From positions 3,168,001-3,232,000 of the forward strand of contig OY759353.1 of NCBI GenBank assembly GCA_963662315.1: DNA of 64,000 nucleotides. The letters run 5' to 3'. The position numbers and the translations under genes were made by a program. The notes beneath the pieces were generated by a model. The model searched no databases, had not been told where the DNA came from, and was given only the letters and a program-made list of their open reading frames with translations. Below are positions 32,805 through 41,336 of the stretch, piece by piece. Each line of letters opens with the position of its first letter. Position 1 is the first letter of the stretch. The DNA is from Geopsychrobacteraceae bacterium. Its GTDB lineage: Bacteria > Desulfobacterota > Desulfuromonadia > Desulfuromonadales > Geopsychrobacteraceae.

Positions 32805-32842
32805 GCGGGGCAAAAAGTCGCAGTGGGGCATTTTGCCCCGCA
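32805..32842. promoter_or_regulatory. Tandem palindromic enhancer-like sites (UAS)
   Basis: GCGGGGCAAAAAGTCGC and GTGGGGCATTTTGCCCCGC, 40-80 nt upstream of a sigma-54 promoter. Confidence 0.55.
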
Positions 32843-32882
32843 AAAAAGGACTTGTTTCCTGCTGTTTTGCTTCATCTTCTGT

Positions 32883-32898
32883 TGGCACATGCTTTGCT
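32883..32898 (+). promoter_or_regulatory. Sigma-54 promoter
   Basis: TGGCAC-ATGCT-TTGCT, a consensus -24/-12 element. Confidence 0.85.
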
Positions 32899-32938
32899 CT
32901 TAAAAAAATCAACAGTAATTTTTTATGGAGATAAGCAG

Positions 32939-33361
32939 ATGGAAGCACACCTCCTCGATACCCATCCTCATATTGTATTGGCAGAAGATGACACCGAATT
33001 ACGTGAGCTGCTGATGTTTGTGCTGGCGCGGGCTGGCTACCGGGTGACTGTCTGTGGAAACGGAATGCAACTGCTTGAAATGCTTGATAACGGTGAAGAT
33101 GTCGACGTGGTAATCAGTGATTTACGTATGCCTGCTTTATCCGGCCTGGAAGTCCTCGAGAGTCAGGTGCAAAATACCAGACGGCCACCATTTATCTGCA
33201 TGACAGCATTCGGCGATGCCAAGACTCATCAAACAGCTCTTCAACTCGGCGCTGCGGCAACAATCGATAAGCCTTTTGATCTGGATCGGATGCTCGAGCT
33301 GGTGAATGACATCTATCTCCATAAAGACGAGAACAATTTGTCTTCAAGGAGTCACATATGA
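32939..33361 (+). CDS. Single-domain response regulator
   Basis: LAEDD, ISDLRMP, MTAFG, DKPF; GGAG RBS before ATG 32939. Confidence 0.88.
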   Translation: MEAHLLDTHPHIVLAEDDTELRELLMFVLARAGYRVTVCGNGMQLLEMLDNGEDVDVVISDLRMPALSGLEVLESQVQNTRRPPFICMTAFGDAKTHQTALQLGAAATIDKPFDLDRMLELVNDIYLHKDENNLSSRSHI

Positions 33362-34812
33362 AAATTATCAAGCGTCTGTTTTTATTCCTCACAATCAGCG
33401 TGCTGACGGTCGCTTTAAATGCAGGTGCTTTTGTTGCACCGGCGGCAGCCCAGGATGCAGGAATCGAAAGTCTCAGGGAGTCGGGAAAAGCGTTCCGCAG
33501 TGTGGCCAAGCAGGTGTCACCGGCTGTGGCTTTTATCCAGGTCGAAAAGGACGTGACCCAGCAAGCGCCCAACAATCCCTTTGAAGGAACCCCCTTCGGG
33601 GATGAATTTATGCGGCGCTTTTTCGGCCAGCCTCATCAACAATTCCCGCAGAATGCTCCCAAACGACGGTCAACCGGTCAGGGCTCAGGGTTTATTATCT
33701 CTGAGGACGGCTATATCATGACCAACAATCACGTTGTTGGTGGTGCTGACAAGGTTACCGTGCAGTTGCTGGACGGGCGTGAATACGATGCCAAAGTTAT
33801 TGGCACCGATCCACCGACCGATGTTGCCCTGATCAAAATTAATGCTGATGGCAAACTCCCTTACCTGAAAATGGGGGATTCTGATCAGCTTGAAGTGGGT
33901 GACTGGGTCCTCGCCTTCGGGAATCCATTTGGTCTGTCTCATACCCTCACGGCCGGGATTGTCAGCGCCAAAGGACGTAGTGGCATTGGTCTGAATGACT
34001 ATGAAAACTTTATCCAAACCGATGCGGCTATCAACCCTGGTAACTCGGGTGGCCCCCTGGTTAACCTGGATGGTGAAGTTGTTGGCATGAATACTGCTAT
34101 ATTCAGTCGTAGTGGTGGCTATATGGGAATCGGTTTTGCTATTCCCATCAACATGGCCAAAAGTATCCGCACGCAGTTGATAGAAAATGGCACTGTTCAG
34201 CGTGGTCGTATCGGTGTCTATATCCAGGATCTCGACCGTGCCCTGGCGGAGTCTTTTGGTATTGATCAGAACGGCGGTATCCTGGTTGCTCAGGTTATGG
34301 AGGATTCCCCGGCCCAGAAGGCTGGCCTGAAACAGGGTGATGTGATTCTGGAACTGAACGGCGACAAAGTTGACAAGGTGGCCAAATTCCGTAACCAGGT
34401 TGCCCTGACCGCACCCGGCACCAAGATCAAGCTGCTGGTGCTGCGTGATGGCGACAAAAAGACAATCAAGGTTGAGGTTGGCGCTCTTGAAGATGGTGGT
34501 ACGAGTGCCGCTGCAGGCGCAACCGACCAGTTGCCGAAACTGGGGATGACCTTGCAGAAACTGACCCCGGAACTTGCTGGGCAGTTGGGTTATGAAAATG
34601 CGCAGGGTGTTGTGGTCACCAGTGTTGACAGCGATTCATTAGCTGCCCGGGCTGGAATCCGGCGCGGTGATCTGATTGAGGAAGTCAATCGGACCCAGGT
34701 CAGCAGCCCTGACCAGGTCAAGAAGCTGATCGCCGACAGTAACAAGAAAACCGTACTGTTGCTGGTCCGCCAGGGCGAAGCCAGCCGTTATCTGGCCTTG
34801 AAGCTCGATTAA
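33358..34812 (+). CDS. degP: DegP/DegQ (HtrA) periplasmic serine protease with two PDZ domains
   Basis: GSGFII, TNNHVV, TDAAINPGNSGGPL; signal peptide. Confidence 0.93.
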   Translation: MKIIKRLFLFLTISVLTVALNAGAFVAPAAAQDAGIESLRESGKAFRSVAKQVSPAVAFIQVEKDVTQQAPNNPFEGTPFGDEFMRRFFGQPHQQFPQNAPKRRSTGQGSGFIISEDGYIMTNNHVVGGADKVTVQLLDGREYDAKVIGTDPPTDVALIKINADGKLPYLKMGDSDQLEVGDWVLAFGNPFGLSHTLTAGIVSAKGRSGIGLNDYENFIQTDAAINPGNSGGPLVNLDGEVVGMNTAIFSRSGGYMGIGFAIPINMAKSIRTQLIENGTVQRGRIGVYIQDLDRALAESFGIDQNGGILVAQVMEDSPAQKAGLKQGDVILELNGDKVDKVAKFRNQVALTAPGTKIKLLVLRDGDKKTIKVEVGALEDGGTSAAAGATDQLPKLGMTLQKLTPELAGQLGYENAQGVVVTSVDSDSLAARAGIRRGDLIEEVNRTQVSSPDQVKKLIADSNKKTVLLLVRQGEASRYLALKLD

Positions 34813-34902
34813 GTAGAGAAACAACCCGAAGTCATTCGCTGCTCTGCTCAGCGGCGCTTGACTTATAACATAGATTTGAACGTTACCTCCTACGTTCGTA
34901 TT

Positions 34903-34931
34903 GGGGAATCAGCAGGATTCCCCTTTTTTTT
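34903..34931 (+). terminator. Intrinsic terminator after degP
   Basis: GGGGAATC-AGCAG-GATTCCCC-T8. Confidence 0.85.
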
Positions 34932-35046
34932 ATCCAAAATCTGACATTTTCTGCACGTGACACTTGTGTGCCTGTAGAGGGACTTATTCTCCCTGATAAA
35001 AAGATTTTTACTGCAATGCTGATTTGATTGTTTTATACCTGTTCAG

Positions 35047-35107
35047 CAGGATGTTGAAAAAATAGCTGCGCCGTTTGCGGAGCTGGGAAGGTTTTTTAAT
35101 ACCCTGC
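35047..35107. repeat. Short element with degenerate terminal inverted repeats (MITE-like remnant)
   Basis: GCAGGATGTTGAAAAAA ... TTTTTTAATACCCTGC. Confidence 0.4.
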
Positions 35108-35162
35108 CAGGTAGTTATCAAGAATAAATGATGCTAAATTTGAATAATTACAGGAGTCAATA

Positions 35163-35513
35163 ATGAAATGGAAGCTGCTTCTCGGCCTGGTCATATTGGT
35201 GCCAGTGTTAACTTTTGCAATTCAGAACAACCACCTTGTAGACGTTCATTTTGTTGAGTGGAACTACCAGATTTCACTGGCCATTCTGATCTATGGTGCG
35301 TTGCTTGTCGGTATTGTGCTCGGTCTGTTGCTGGTGTTTTCAAGCCGGGTTAAGAAGAAAAGAAAGCAGAAGCGTCTTGATGCTGCAGTAAAGAAGAAAG
35401 AAGCTGCCGCAGCCCAGGCTGCCAGCGAACTGAACAAGCCGGTTGATATGGAAGTCAATGCCGATATCGCTACCGATCCGGTCGATAAAGATTCAGTAGG
35501 TTCTGCTCAGTAA
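35163..35513 (+). CDS. LapA/DUF1049-family membrane protein
   Basis: TM-FAIQN...V.VHF..W-TM followed by a basic coiled tail; AGGAG RBS. Confidence 0.75.
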   Translation: MKWKLLLGLVILVPVLTFAIQNNHLVDVHFVEWNYQISLAILIYGALLVGIVLGLLLVFSSRVKKKRKQKRLDAAVKKKEAAAAQAASELNKPVDMEVNADIATDPVDKDSVGSAQ

Positions 35514-35526
35514 AGGTTAGAGGCTG

Positions 35527-35565
35527 CTGAGCGGCCAAGGCGCAGAAAACACCTTGGCCGCTCAG
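35527..35565. terminator. Inverted repeat between convergent genes
   Basis: CTGAGCGGCCAAGG-N11-CCTTGGCCGCTCAG. Confidence 0.7.
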
Positions 35566-35579
35566 TTTCCTTATGGTTT

Positions 35580-36392
35580 TCAGCCAAGGGCCACATCCAG
35601 CATCATCATGATCGCAAAACCAAACATCACCCCAAAGGTTGCCTGATCGGTATACTCCCCTTGTTGTGATTCCGGAATAACCTCTTCAACAACAACAAAA
35701 ATCATAGCTCCGGCTGCAAAAGCCAGGGCGAACGGGAGAATCGGTCTGGCATATGCGACCATTGCCGCACCAGCGACCCCGGCAACAATTTCCACCATCC
35801 CTGAAAGTTGACCAATCAGAAAACTGCGATGGCGCGATAAGCCTTCGCGCCGCAATGGCACTGAAACAGCTAGGCCTTCCGGGAAATTCTGGATTCCGAT
35901 ACCTATAGCCAGGGCGGCTGCACCGGCAAAGGATGCCTCGGGAAATCCAGCGGCGGCTGCACCAAAGGCGACTCCGACGGCAAGCCCTTCAGGAATGTTG
36001 TGCATGGTAATGGCCAGAACCAACAGGGTGCTGCGGTGCCAGGAGGTCTGAACCCCTTCGGCATCTTTCATCGGAAAGTTAAGGTGCAGGTGAGGTAAAA
36101 ATTTATCAATCAGACGTAAAAATCCGCCACCGCACAGAAATCCAAAAGCAACCGTCAGCCAGGCCGGAAGCCATTGCCCTTCAGCCATCTCCAGCGCGGG
36201 TGCCAGCAGTGACCAGAAACTTGCTGCGATCATCACCCCGGCGGCAAAGCCCAACATGGTATCCAGCATTTTACGACTGGGTGTCTGCTGCAGATAGACG
36301 GCTGCCGCTCCCAGTGCTGTCATGCCCCAGGTGAACACGGTCGCCCAGAAGGCCTGCCAGACGGGGTGCATGGATAAAAAGGAATCTGTCAT
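35580..36392 (-). CDS. ZIP-family divalent metal transporter (GufA/ZupT-like)
   Basis: FAAGVMIAASFWSLL, HNIPEGLAVG, QNFPEG, FAAGAMIFVV. Confidence 0.92.
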   Translation of the reverse strand: MTDSFLSMHPVWQAFWATVFTWGMTALGAAAVYLQQTPSRKMLDTMLGFAAGVMIAASFWSLLAPALEMAEGQWLPAWLTVAFGFLCGGGFLRLIDKFLPHLHLNFPMKDAEGVQTSWHRSTLLVLAITMHNIPEGLAVGVAFGAAAAGFPEASFAGAAALAIGIGIQNFPEGLAVSVPLRREGLSRHRSFLIGQLSGMVEIVAGVAGAAMVAYARPILPFALAFAAGAMIFVVVEEVIPESQQGEYTDQATFGVMFGFAIMMMLDVALG

Positions 36393-36561
36393 GTTGACCT
36401 CCACAGCTAAATATCAAGAATTGCTGATTTAATCATGGAATGATAACGGTAATTGTCTCAGAATGTACAGATTCTTCACGGCTTATACATAAAAATACCG
36501 TGACAAATATGGTAAGCTGTTTTTCTGAAACACTGCCTGGGATCAAAAGGAGATACGACTT

Positions 36562-37308
36562 ATGGCAAAAACGATTCTGATTACTGGTGCGACATCCGGC
36601 TTTGGCAAGGCATGCGCTGAATATTTTGCAGATAAAGGCTGGCAGCTGATTCTGACTGGTCGCCGAACCGAGCGGTTGGAAGAATTGCTGCAGCAACTTG
36701 GTTCTGCTGTCCGTAAGATTATCACTCTTGATGTCCGCGATCGTCATGCAGTTGAAACAGCCCTGAGTGATCTGGGGGATGTTGATCTGCTGCTTAATAA
36801 TGCCGGTCTGGCGTTGGGGCTGGAGCCTGCGTGGGAAGTGAGTCTGGATGATTGGGATACGATGGTCGATACCAATATCAAAGGCCTAACCTATTGCACC
36901 CGGGTTTTGCTACCGCAGATGGTCAAGCGCAACAGTGGACATATCATCAATATCGGTTCCGTGGCAGCCAATTGGCCGTATCCTGGTGGTAATGTCTATG
37001 GCAGCACCAAGGCATTTGTCCAGCAGTTCAGTCGCAACCTGCGCGCAGACCTGATTGGTCACGATGTCAGAGTGACGGTTATCGAACCGGGGATGGCCGA
37101 GAGCGAATTTTCCAATGTCCGCTTCAAAGGTGATGCTGACAGAGCAGCCAAGGTTTACTCTGGCACCAGGGCTCTGACCCCCCGGGATATTGCCGAAATT
37201 GTTTACTGGACTGCCGAACGTCCCGCTCATGTCAATGTCAACACTCTGGAAGTGATGTGTATAGACCAGGCGTGGAATCCGTTTGCGGTGCACCGAAAAG
37301 AAAAATGA
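36562..37308 (+). CDS. Short-chain dehydrogenase, YdfG-like
   Basis: TGATSGFG, NNAGLALGLEPA, YGSTKAFV. Confidence 0.9.
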   Translation: MAKTILITGATSGFGKACAEYFADKGWQLILTGRRTERLEELLQQLGSAVRKIITLDVRDRHAVETALSDLGDVDLLLNNAGLALGLEPAWEVSLDDWDTMVDTNIKGLTYCTRVLLPQMVKRNSGHIINIGSVAANWPYPGGNVYGSTKAFVQQFSRNLRADLIGHDVRVTVIEPGMAESEFSNVRFKGDADRAAKVYSGTRALTPRDIAEIVYWTAERPAHVNVNTLEVMCIDQAWNPFAVHRKEK

Positions 37309-37363
37309 TTTTCTCCCTGTAGCCATTACCTGATGACGGCTGATGGCTACAGGATAGTTTTTA

Positions 37364-38599
37364 TCAAAACAACGTACTGAGAAGGATTTTAGCCAGTTCC
37401 TGGGCGGGGGTAAAATCGGCCCGGCGTTGCAGACACTTCTGACAGTCGTCCAGAGCCTTGGTTGCGAGCTGCATTTCGTAATAGGTTTGCGCCCTGCCCC
37501 AGAACCCTTCATAGTGCTGCGGTGCCATATCAATGGCGCGGTTGTAATCTTCCAGAGATTGCTCAAATTTCCCCAACACCCGACAGGCTAGCCCGCGGTT
37601 AGTCCAGGCACGAACATTATCTTCGTTGAATTCAATAGCCTTGGAGAAATCATCAAATCCTTTCTGGTACTCAGCCAGCGCAAACAGAGCCATGCCACGG
37701 TGGTTATAGACCAAGGAGCGCACCGGCTGATCGAGTTTCATGCGCAACAGATTACTGTAAATACTGATAGCTTCCTGAAACTGGTTGTTGCTATGAGCCT
37801 CCAGGGCGCCAAGCATCATCCGTTCAAGTTTTTTTGACGATAACGCATCCGCCTGGAGGTCGTCACTGTCGAGGGTAATCTTCAGGTCCGGGAGTTGTTC
37901 AATCTGAATAGACTCGCAGATGCATGTGTTTGCTTCAACGCTCTGGCGCCGCTTCAGACCCCGGCGGCGAATTTCTTTCTGATGATCGCGAATCTCCTGA
38001 AAAATCAGATCCGACAGGGTCAGTGAAGCGTTCAGAGATGCCAATTTACGCCGGATTGTATGATTGGGCAGATCGATATCGGATTTATAGACCAGCTCAT
38101 GCTCAACTTCAGCCCATGCCTCCTGCAGGATCGTGCGCAACTGGATCTCACAGACATTGCTGGTAAAGGGAAGGTATTTTCTCCCCGGCAGTGGTGGCGC
38201 CTGAATCATGATATGGACCGAGTCGTAACCAAACTCCCTGAATGAATGCTGCTCTGCTTTGTGCTCCATTTCGAGAATGACATAATGTTGTTTAATGAGT
38301 GTTTCGACCGTGTCCAGGTCTTCAAGGAACGGGCAGATAATACGAATCCCGAGGAGATCATTAATTTCTATCGGGGCGGAGGTTCTCTTGAGGCGATTGA
38401 TTTTTTCACAGAAGTTGTCAAAGCGTTTCACCCGGAACTTGATTGTTGCACTCAGGGCCGCTGTATCGAGCAGTTCTTCTAGCCCCTGGTGAATGTCTGC
38501 AAGAATCTGATCGTAGGCAGGGCGCAATTCAGCATAGAGTTTGGCTGTTTGAGTACGGTCAGGTACGCGCCGTTGCAATGCCTTGTCGCTCATGGTCAA
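37364..38599 (-). CDS. RelA/SpoT-type synthetase domain fused to TPR repeats
   Basis: RVK, DLLGIRII, GYDSVH, EIQLRTILQEAWAEVEH; C-terminal TPRs (YNHRG, WTNRG, FWGRA). Confidence 0.85.
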   Translation of the reverse strand: MTMSDKALQRRVPDRTQTAKLYAELRPAYDQILADIHQGLEELLDTAALSATIKFRVKRFDNFCEKINRLKRTSAPIEINDLLGIRIICPFLEDLDTVETLIKQHYVILEMEHKAEQHSFREFGYDSVHIMIQAPPLPGRKYLPFTSNVCEIQLRTILQEAWAEVEHELVYKSDIDLPNHTIRRKLASLNASLTLSDLIFQEIRDHQKEIRRRGLKRRQSVEANTCICESIQIEQLPDLKITLDSDDLQADALSSKKLERMMLGALEAHSNNQFQEAISIYSNLLRMKLDQPVRSLVYNHRGMALFALAEYQKGFDDFSKAIEFNEDNVRAWTNRGLACRVLGKFEQSLEDYNRAIDMAPQHYEGFWGRAQTYYEMQLATKALDDCQKCLQRRADFTPAQELAKILLSTLF

Positions 38600-38829
38600 T
38601 TCCTCGTCAGGCGGCTGCTACAGGTGCAGCTTGAAGCATGTTGCCGGGAAGAATGGGTTTGTTTTTATCTTGTAACTATACCTATTATGGTCGGTCATTT
38701 GTATGATTTTCTTTATAAGTTGCTGATTCTATGTAAAGATTTCATATTAAGTAACCGATATGATAGGTAGGAGACTATCGGAAAAGGATTTCCGCCGTTG
38801 TGAACGTAATCCACGGAAGGATTAATACT

Positions 38830-39549
38830 ATGGCAGATTTAAAAGTTGGTGGCCTGCATGCCTACCGCAATTACGAGGTTGAAGAAACTTCCCCCTATCC
38901 TGATATCAATCCTCAGCAGAATGACGTAAAGGTTCCGGTTAAGCCCTATCCGGAGGGTGATACTCGTGATGATTCTCGGCGGCGGCGTTTTCGGGCCATG
39001 CGTCAGTTGATTGATGCCCTGAGCAAAACCAGAAGAATTATTCGTGTCGATTATCCCACCGCTGAAACAGAGCTGGGAGAGATCGGGCGTGATATCGCTG
39101 AGGAGCAGCTGCTTGAGTTGCTGTTAAGCTATAAAATCCCCCTGACTGATCTGGAATCGATCATTGCCAATATGCGCAAACAGCTCGAAAAACCGCTGTT
39201 GCGCACCACGGCACCTTTATCAGAGGGGATCAATTTTCTGCCGCTATTTGTACCTGGCTTGTTGGCTGGTTTTCTGTCGTTTCAAAGAATTCCCCTGGCA
39301 GCACTGCAAAATAACCGTCAGATCATGGAGAGCCTTGATCGGGATGATTTTTACAGCCATTTTATCAACCGTGTCGGGATTGATATTTTTCGGCTTAAGG
39401 AATGGCCGGAAACCCATTTTCTGAATATCAATTTACTTGTGGCGGTGAGCGAAGTCGATGAAGAGGGGCGCAGGGTGCTCCTTTACCAGCGCCCTGGTCA
39501 GGACGATTATGCCTTGTATGCCGATAAGGCGATTGATCTTTCTATCTGA
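38830..39549 (+). CDS. Hypothetical protein
   Basis: 239-aa ORF filling the intergenic space, with a GGAAGG RBS; no family recognised. Confidence 0.65.
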   Translation: MADLKVGGLHAYRNYEVEETSPYPDINPQQNDVKVPVKPYPEGDTRDDSRRRRFRAMRQLIDALSKTRRIIRVDYPTAETELGEIGRDIAEEQLLELLLSYKIPLTDLESIIANMRKQLEKPLLRTTAPLSEGINFLPLFVPGLLAGFLSFQRIPLAALQNNRQIMESLDRDDFYSHFINRVGIDIFRLKEWPETHFLNINLLVAVSEVDEEGRRVLLYQRPGQDDYALYADKAIDLSI

Positions 39550-39744
39550 CCGTTGTTAGCTGAATCCCCTGTTTTTATTCCGGCTCTGTCCAGATAATTA
39601 TCCCTCCGTTGCGTGCCAGTCTTTGCCCGGACTTGTTGCAGATTGTCAACCTGTGCATTCTGAGCTATGATCTGCACCTATTTCAAATCAAGGCGTAATT
39701 TCAAGATGTTCTCATCGCTGTAAAAATTATCAGGAGTGTTTGTC

Positions 39745-40314
39745 ATGCAGATGTTGGATCTCGTCAGCAAAAACAGATCATATCGTCGTTTTTACCAGGA
39801 CCATCAGGTCAGTGAAGCTGACCTGCGGGAGCTTGTCAACCTGGCGCGCCTGACCGGCAGTGGCGCAAACTTGCAATCGCTAAAATATGTTCTGAGCTTT
39901 TCGCCGGAGCAGAATGAAAAGGTCTTTGCGACATTAAGTTGGGCTGGTTATTTGAAAGAATGGCCCGGGCCGGAAGACGGTGAAAAGCCGAGCGCCTATA
40001 TTGTTCAGGTGCTTGACCATGAGATTGCCAAAAACTGCCATTGCGATGATGGCATCACAGCCCAGACTATCCTGCTCGGTGCGGTAGAAAAGGGGTTGGG
40101 AGGGTGTATGTTTGGTAATATCAAGCGTGATCAGTTGCGTGAGGTTCTCGGTCTCGAAGAGCGCTATGAGATTCTGCATGTTATTGCTATCGGAAAGCCC
40201 AAGGAAGAGGTCAGAATTGTACCGGTCGGGGAAGACGGCAGCATTCGCTACTACCGCGATGATAGCGGAGTGCACTATGTGCCGAAGCGTGATTTGGATG
40301 ATCTTATCCTCTAA
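39745..40314 (+). CDS. Nitroreductase-family protein
   Basis: NRSYRRF, SGANLQ, AVEKGLGGC, IAIGKP, PKR. Confidence 0.9.
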   Translation: MQMLDLVSKNRSYRRFYQDHQVSEADLRELVNLARLTGSGANLQSLKYVLSFSPEQNEKVFATLSWAGYLKEWPGPEDGEKPSAYIVQVLDHEIAKNCHCDDGITAQTILLGAVEKGLGGCMFGNIKRDQLREVLGLEERYEILHVIAIGKPKEEVRIVPVGEDGSIRYYRDDSGVHYVPKRDLDDLIL

Positions 40315-40380
40315 ATCCCTGTTGCCCACATTTATACACGATTATTTCTTTCCAACCTGAATACTTAATACCAGCCGTTG

Positions 40381-41244
40381 TCAGAAAATGGCAGCGGCTG
40401 CGGTTAATCCCATCCTGTACCCCTCATTCAGTTTGTCCTGATCAGTTGTCATGCGACTCACCGCAAAGCCGTCCGGCGGAGCAATGATGTGCAGACGACA
40501 GTCCTGTGGCGGATTGTCAATAAAAGCAAGAGCCTGGTTGTAAACCTCGGCCCGGTTGATAATGGCTTCTGCCAGAGCTGGTGTTTTGTGCATAAGCTGT
40601 CGCACCAGCCAGGGGCTGCGAACCGGTTTTTTCCGGTAGCCCCGAGGGTGAGAAAGGATAACCGTGATGTCTCTGGCTCCCATATCATAGGCACGTCTGA
40701 CGGGAATCGCATCGGCAACTCCGCCGTCAGTAAACCGATGGTTATCAAGCACAGGGTAAGAGCGGTAAATCAGAGGAACCGAGCAGGAGGCTTTGAGCAG
40801 TTGCTCTAGGTTTTCAGATGTTGCTTCAATATACACAGGCGCGCTGTCACTGACCCGCGTGACAACGACGTAAAGCGGTATTGATTGACGGCTGAAACGC
40901 TCCAGGTCCAGACGGATTTCGCGGATGGTGATATCCCACAGCCAATCAAGATCAAACCAGTGCCCACCACGGAGAAAGCGTTGCAGCGACATAAATTGCG
41001 GGCGACACGAGTAGTCGGTAATGACCTTGTGATTTCTCCCCCGCTGACCGGCCAGCCAGGCTGCCAGGTTGGTTGAGCCAACCGAAACCCCCAGGCACAG
41101 ATCAAAGGGGCGGTAATCGCGGTCGAGAAAACCATCCAGAACTCCAGCTGCAAATATGCCACGCATAGCCCCGCCTTCAACCACCAGGGCGCGTGTCTCT
41201 TGGGCGGGTTGGTTCGCTTGTTGTGTTGTTGTTTCAGTATTCAT
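40381..41244 (-). CDS. Patatin-like phospholipase (YjjU-like)
   Basis: EGGAMRG, GVSVG, DGG. Confidence 0.88.
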   Translation of the reverse strand: MNTETTTQQANQPAQETRALVVEGGAMRGIFAAGVLDGFLDRDYRPFDLCLGVSVGSTNLAAWLAGQRGRNHKVITDYSCRPQFMSLQRFLRGGHWFDLDWLWDITIREIRLDLERFSRQSIPLYVVVTRVSDSAPVYIEATSENLEQLLKASCSVPLIYRSYPVLDNHRFTDGGVADAIPVRRAYDMGARDITVILSHPRGYRKKPVRSPWLVRQLMHKTPALAEAIINRAEVYNQALAFIDNPPQDCRLHIIAPPDGFAVSRMTTDQDKLNEGYRMGLTAAAAIF

Positions 41245-41336
41245 CAGGCTCTCTTCTGACTGACGGTAAAGAAAAGCGCAATGTTCGTTGCTGGTTGAGG
41301 CGATCATGCCATAGCGGAACATCCCGTTACATGGTT

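Noticed and set aside
36430..36460. AATGATAACGGTAATTGTC upstream of the ZIP transporter as a Fur/Zur box
   Set aside because: Too many mismatches to the palindrome to call.
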